Shown one piece after another: positions 59,991 through 64,000 of a stretch of 64,000 nt of DNA (position 1 is the first letter of the stretch; each line of letters opens with the position of its first letter). The notes under the pieces were generated by a model. That model was given only the letters and a program-made list of their open reading frames with translations, ran no database searches and was not told where the DNA came from. The translations under genes were made by a program, and so were the position numbers. Source of the DNA: Candidatus Thorarchaeota archaeon (lineage in GTDB: Archaea > Asgardarchaeota > Thorarchaeia > Thorarchaeales > Thorarchaeaceae); contig CP070761.1 of assembly GCA_020348985.1 (NCBI GenBank), forward strand, positions 1,521,249 through 1,585,248, read 5' to 3'.

Positions 59991-61190
59991 ATGTACGATG
60001 TTGTCGTTGTAGGAGCAGGACCGGCTGGCTCTACGGCGGCAATGTACCTAGCCAAGATGGGTTTCGATGTCTGCCTCATCGATAGACAGCAATTCCCGAG
60101 AGACAAGCCGTGTGGTGGCGGCTTTGGCCTGGAACTCCTTAATGAGTTTCCTTGGCTGGGAAGAAGGTCGGATGAATTTCTCTCGGTTATCTGCAAGAGA
60201 GGAGTGGCTCATTCCCCGAACAGAGTTCATACATTGAAGTCTGATGTAGATCTCGCAGTTGCCCAAAGAACGGACTTCGACAAAGCAATTTATGAATCAG
60301 CACTGGAGCACGGCGCAGACATTCACACACCTCACAGAGTGAAAAACATCTCAACAAGGAACCACAGCGTTCTAGTGTCCACAGCAAGAGGTAAGCAATT
60401 CGAGACTCGAGTTTTGGTTGGCGCTGATGGCGTCAACAGTCTTGTTGTCCGTGAATTGGGTTTGCAGAGCAGATGGCCAAAAGGGTCTACAGTCCCGTGC
60501 AACGTCGTAGAAATTCCGGCGAAGATTAGCCAGATAATCGACCTATACGGAGAAGAAAGGGAGTACCACTTCTTTGCAGATGTTGGTGGTCTCCCTGGCT
60601 ACGGATGGATATTCCCGAAAAAAGAAACTGTGAATGTCGGCATGGGAGCTATAGATACACACTCTGCAGGCCTGCCTCGCAAGTTCAGAGCATTCATCCG
60701 AATGCTTCAGAGAGATGGATATCTAATGGAGAAAGTCGATTTGACAGGAGTCCAAGGTGGTCTTGTTCCCATCAAAGGGCCGATTTCTAGGACGTATGCA
60801 AACCGCTGCCTGCTAGTGGGCGATTCAGCCGGAATGGTCAATCCCTTGACTGGAGGAGGAATCGCTCTAGCAATGAGAGCGGCTAAAATAGCGGCCTCCA
60901 CGCTTGAGACAAGCCTTGAGAATGACTCTCTTTCCGAGCAGCATCTCTCTGTGTATCAAAGGAAATGGACCAGCGATTTCGGAAGCAAAATGCGGACTCT
61001 GCTTCTGGCCCAGAGAGTCGCTACTTCGAGCATACTTGACTTGCTGTTCGTAATAGCCAGTCGAGATGAGGTAATCACAGAGATGGTTGGGAGCTCATTC
61101 TCAGAGGCATCTGAACCATCGTTTGATGTGTTCAGTCTCGCAATCCGAGCTGCATTGGTCTGTATCCGAAGTGCCTTCCATATGGGCTAG
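59991..61190 (+). CDS. Geranylgeranyl reductase family FAD oxidoreductase
   Basis: YDVVVVGAGPAGS, KPCGGG, GADG, GYGWIFP, VGDSAG..NPLTGGGI. Confidence 0.9.
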   Translation: MYDVVVVGAGPAGSTAAMYLAKMGFDVCLIDRQQFPRDKPCGGGFGLELLNEFPWLGRRSDEFLSVICKRGVAHSPNRVHTLKSDVDLAVAQRTDFDKAIYESALEHGADIHTPHRVKNISTRNHSVLVSTARGKQFETRVLVGADGVNSLVVRELGLQSRWPKGSTVPCNVVEIPAKISQIIDLYGEEREYHFFADVGGLPGYGWIFPKKETVNVGMGAIDTHSAGLPRKFRAFIRMLQRDGYLMEKVDLTGVQGGLVPIKGPISRTYANRCLLVGDSAGMVNPLTGGGIALAMRAAKIAASTLETSLENDSLSEQHLSVYQRKWTSDFGSKMRTLLLAQRVATSSILDLLFVIASRDEVITEMVGSSFSEASEPSFDVFSLAIRAALVCIRSAFHMG

Positions 61191-61217
61191 GACAGCTGAC
61201 TAGAACACCCAAGGTGA

Positions 61218-61778
61218 CTAGTCAGCAGAATCGAGCGCGTCCGTTTCAAGACCTTCAATTAGACAATGGATATCAGGTCGTCCCAGAAGCTTCCGTCGGG
61301 TTTCAGATAGATTATTGATTACACACGAAATACCAACGCATGTTGCACCAAGCTTCTCAAGGACCTTCAGCAATGCTAGAACAGTTGTTCCCTGAATGAG
61401 CCAATCATCGACAATGGCAACACGATCTCCGGGATCAATTGATTCCGTGACGAGCGCCAATCGCCTGTCAGCTAGCCTACTAACGGGCAGCCATTCAACT
61501 CCACGTTTGTAATCCTCCGGAAGATATGCTATAGACCTTGCAGGGACAATTCCACAGCCAAGGTAGTACGCAATTGCACTCCCCAGAGCCAACCCCCGCT
61601 GTTCGATTCCGATGACTTTGTTTGGCTTGAGTTCAAGCAGTGGTTTCGCTAACGCGACAACTGCTTCGTGAAATACCGTAGGGTGCTCAATCAGTCGGCT
61701 AATATCAATGACCGCCTTTCCGGGTTCAGGCCAGTCGTTTATCACTTCAACGTATTCGCGGAAGTCTATGTCTGTCAT
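61218..61778 (-). CDS. Adenine phosphoribosyltransferase-like type I PRTase (divergent)
   Basis: DWPEPG, GIEQRG, VAIVDDWLIQGTT. Confidence 0.75.
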   Translation of the reverse strand: MTDIDFREYVEVINDWPEPGKAVIDISRLIEHPTVFHEAVVALAKPLLELKPNKVIGIEQRGLALGSAIAYYLGCGIVPARSIAYLPEDYKRGVEWLPVSRLADRRLALVTESIDPGDRVAIVDDWLIQGTTVLALLKVLEKLGATCVGISCVINNLSETRRKLLGRPDIHCLIEGLETDALDSAD

Positions 61779-61985
61779 TGCTTTCCCAAACAGTTGTCGC
61801 CGAAAGCGTGAGATATACCTTTCTGTGCCGCTGGACTCTATAGAGCAGTCTTTGGGCCCCTTGCTCCCGTTGGCTCAATTTGGTAGGCTTCGGGGTCGGC
61901 CCGGGACTCTTAGGCGAATGGAAGCTCCACGAAACAGTTATGAATCAAGTCCATATTCGCAATCCGTACACGACATGGAGAGGGC

Positions 61986-63251
61986 TTGACTCTGATAGTC
62001 CCAGGCACTACAGTTTCAGTGACCTTGTCACCTGGCTTTGTTGAGATAAGGGATAAGGGCATTGTGAAGAAGAAGATTCTCACGAAGAACAAATCATTCG
62101 AGACTGTGCTGGAGGAAGTTGAGAGCTACTTCAATTACATTGGGAGACGCCTAGCACCTGGATTGTTGAAGGATGTCATGATTAGGATTGGTGTTCCACA
62201 AGTGAAGCTGATTGTGGATGAAAAGGAGCCCGTGTCTATCAAGAAGGAAGAACCCAAACCAAAAGAGCCCAAGGCCTCACCAAGGGTTCCTTCAGAACCA
62301 AAAGTGGAAAAGCCTCCTGCACTGGCTCAACCCGAAGCCAAGCCTGAGATCAAGGCAACACTTGAGGACCAGGAGCTCCTGGATATTGAGTCGGCTTTGT
62401 CGGTGGTAGAATCCTTGAGCGATTCATTCATGACACCCGCAGACATTGGGAATGGAATCCCCGCAGCTCCACCAGAAATTCGCATCGATGTTAAGGGTGC
62501 TGAGGAGATAGCTGCGTCAGTGGGGACACGTCCTACTGTCCCGGAAGTTTCAGCAGTAGCGACTAAGGATGACGTTGCTGATGCAGAAACCATCACGCCG
62601 GCTGAGACTGCTGTTGAAGATGCACCATTGGGGTCGTTTGATCCTGTTCAAGCACTAGAGGAGGCAACTCCAGCCCATGTTGTGAAACCACTAGTGGATC
62701 AGAAGGCAATTATCCTGGGTGAGGAAAACGTCGGAAAAGCAAGTCTGATCAAAGGTGCTACGTTGGGTTCGATTCTAACAGAAGACTTGTCCTCGCCATA
62801 CATCCATGACCGAGTCTTCGAACTCACTAACCATCGTGTCAAGCTTCATGTTTGGTCATTTGACGAAGCCTCTCAGCTAAAGGTGCCACGAGCTGAATTC
62901 TACTCCGACACGGGTGTAGTGATAATTGTCTATTCAGCCGCCGATAGATGGAGTTTCCAGAGCATTGACTTCTGGCTGAAAGAGGCGCTGGTTACTCTTG
63001 ACGCTGTACCTCCACTTGTGATTGTCGGCAACAAATCGGATTTGAGAGACGCAGCAACTCCTGGCCAGCAGCCGGTTTCCAAGGATGAGGGATTCAAACT
63101 GGCGGAAGAGCTAGCAAAGTCACATGGTGGTAACGGCAAGCTGCATCCAGTAGCGTTCATCGAGACTTCCTGCGAAACAGGGGAGGGAGTAGAGGATGTG
63201 TTCAAAACCGCCGCGGAGCTCTCTTTGCGATCCCGGCCGCCTGCAGAATAG
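61986..63251 (+). CDS. Rab/Ras-like small GTPase domain (degenerate) with long N-terminal extension
   Basis: ILGEENVGKAS, VIIVY, VGNKSD, FIETSC..GEGVEDVF; P/E/K/A-rich linker. Confidence 0.8.
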   Translation: MTLIVPGTTVSVTLSPGFVEIRDKGIVKKKILTKNKSFETVLEEVESYFNYIGRRLAPGLLKDVMIRIGVPQVKLIVDEKEPVSIKKEEPKPKEPKASPRVPSEPKVEKPPALAQPEAKPEIKATLEDQELLDIESALSVVESLSDSFMTPADIGNGIPAAPPEIRIDVKGAEEIAASVGTRPTVPEVSAVATKDDVADAETITPAETAVEDAPLGSFDPVQALEEATPAHVVKPLVDQKAIILGEENVGKASLIKGATLGSILTEDLSSPYIHDRVFELTNHRVKLHVWSFDEASQLKVPRAEFYSDTGVVIIVYSAADRWSFQSIDFWLKEALVTLDAVPPLVIVGNKSDLRDAATPGQQPVSKDEGFKLAEELAKSHGGNGKLHPVAFIETSCETGEGVEDVFKTAAELSLRSRPPAE

Positions 63252-63420
63252 AGGACTTCTTGCATATGGGCGGAGCAATGTTTTATCTTATCTGAATCCA
63301 TTGACACTATGCAGGCTGTCGGACTGATTAGCAGAGATGCTAACCACTGGGAACAGTCAAATAGTGCCCCCACACATCCCGAATTGACGCACCATATCCA
63401 ATACGACGACGACGGCCTAA

Positions 63421-63738
63421 GTGGTGATTAGCACGGTAGAGTATTGTGAGAGCTGTGGCAAGGAAGCAGAACCCCCAGTTCCGGCCAGGAGGCTCGAAGA
63501 GAGCTTCGCAAACGACGAGAGGAGAAGACTCTGCCTTTGCTTGGATTGTTTCGGAAAGCGCTTCAAGGTTGTCACAAAGAAGAGATCGGGCTATGGTGGC
63601 ACAATATACGAGTTGGAGGACAAGCCGAGTCCTCGGTTCGGCATTGGAAGTAAGACATTCTCTTGCTTGAGATGCGAGTGGGTTGCGTGGACAGACGAGG
63701 GACTGGCAATTCACACACGAAAGAAACACCAATCTTGA
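63421..63738 (+). CDS. Small zinc-finger protein
   Basis: CESC, CLCLDC, C-terminal CLRC...H..KKH (C2H2-like). Confidence 0.65.
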   Translation: MVISTVEYCESCGKEAEPPVPARRLEESFANDERRRLCLCLDCFGKRFKVVTKKRSGYGGTIYELEDKPSPRFGIGSKTFSCLRCEWVAWTDEGLAIHTRKKHQS

Positions 63739-63748
63739 GACAATCAAT

Positions 63749-64000
63749 TCATTGATTGATGGCATATCTGTCTGGTTCTTTTACGATTTCATGTCCGTGG
63801 ACACTGATGCCCTGAACCTTTCTAGCTGCATTCTCGAGCATCCCCATCCTGTAGGCCGCCGTCCGAGGACCAAGACCATGAAGCCAGTCAAGACGGGACA
63901 TGTCTAGTCGGTCATTCTGAGAGAAGTAGACGCGCAGGTCTGATGCTATCGAGTTTGTCCGATCAAACATTGCAGCCGTAAGTCCGGCGCTAGGTGCGCC
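63749..64000 (-). CDS. 3' end of a gene entering from beyond the window, unknown product
   Basis: Frame open from 64000 to TGA at 63749; converges on the zinc-finger gene. Confidence 0.4.
   Translation of the reverse strand, partial: GAPSAGLTAAMFDRTNSIASDLRVYFSQNDRLDMSRLDWLHGLGPRTAAYRMGMLENAARKVQGISVHGHEIVKEPDRYAINQ

Noticed and set aside
61863-61912. tRNA-like segment (TGGCTCAATTTGGTAG D-arm-like; GACTCTTA anticodon-like)
   Set aside because: No T-arm or matching 3' acceptor strand could be found, so it is at most a remnant or GC-rich hairpin. tRNAscan-SE in archaeal mode would settle it.
1-64000. CRISPR arrays, rRNA, integrases/transposases, selenoprotein UGA readthrough
   Set aside because: None was recognised by eye, and the redox genes here have complete Cys motifs without interrupting TGA.

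Overview
This is a gene-dense archaeal chromosome window, inferred to be from an Asgard archaeon (probably Thorarchaeia). The evidence is the longin-domain proteins, a Rab-like GTPase, F420/H4MPT enzymes (mtd, FrhB-family, MtrH-like) and glycosylated cell-surface proteins. I found no rRNA, intact tRNA, CRISPR array or mobile element. The main discovery is a ~21.5 kb island (30023-51490) tied together by a 47-bp promoter element (TGTTCA-N4-TGWWCA-N4-TGTTGG-N15-TGTWCA). It occurs with identical spacing before five transcription units, plus a degenerate copy before an RHH-type regulator inside the island. The island joins a complete four-component corrinoid methyl-transfer module (pyrrolysine-free MtmB homolog, corrinoid protein, MtrH-like methyltransferase, RACo activator) to a peptide-type ABC importer, two cytoplasmic M28 peptidase paralogs, a class III aminotransferase, an M20 deacylase and a C-N hydrolase, with an AOR next to it. 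It is a candidate pathway for importing and demethylating an unknown N-methylated amine or amino-acid substrate. Other notable items: a pair of NPRL2-like longin-wHTH paralogs coupled to a MinD-type ATPase, a longin-TackOD1-like fusion, a degenerate Rab-like GTPase, an apparently dead glycogen debranching enzyme, a stand-alone NurA-HerA pair, a possible orphan HK97/encapsulin-fold protein, and two genes missing from the ORF track (<1-2264 and 53404-53550). All family assignments come from motif recognition by eye; no searches were run.
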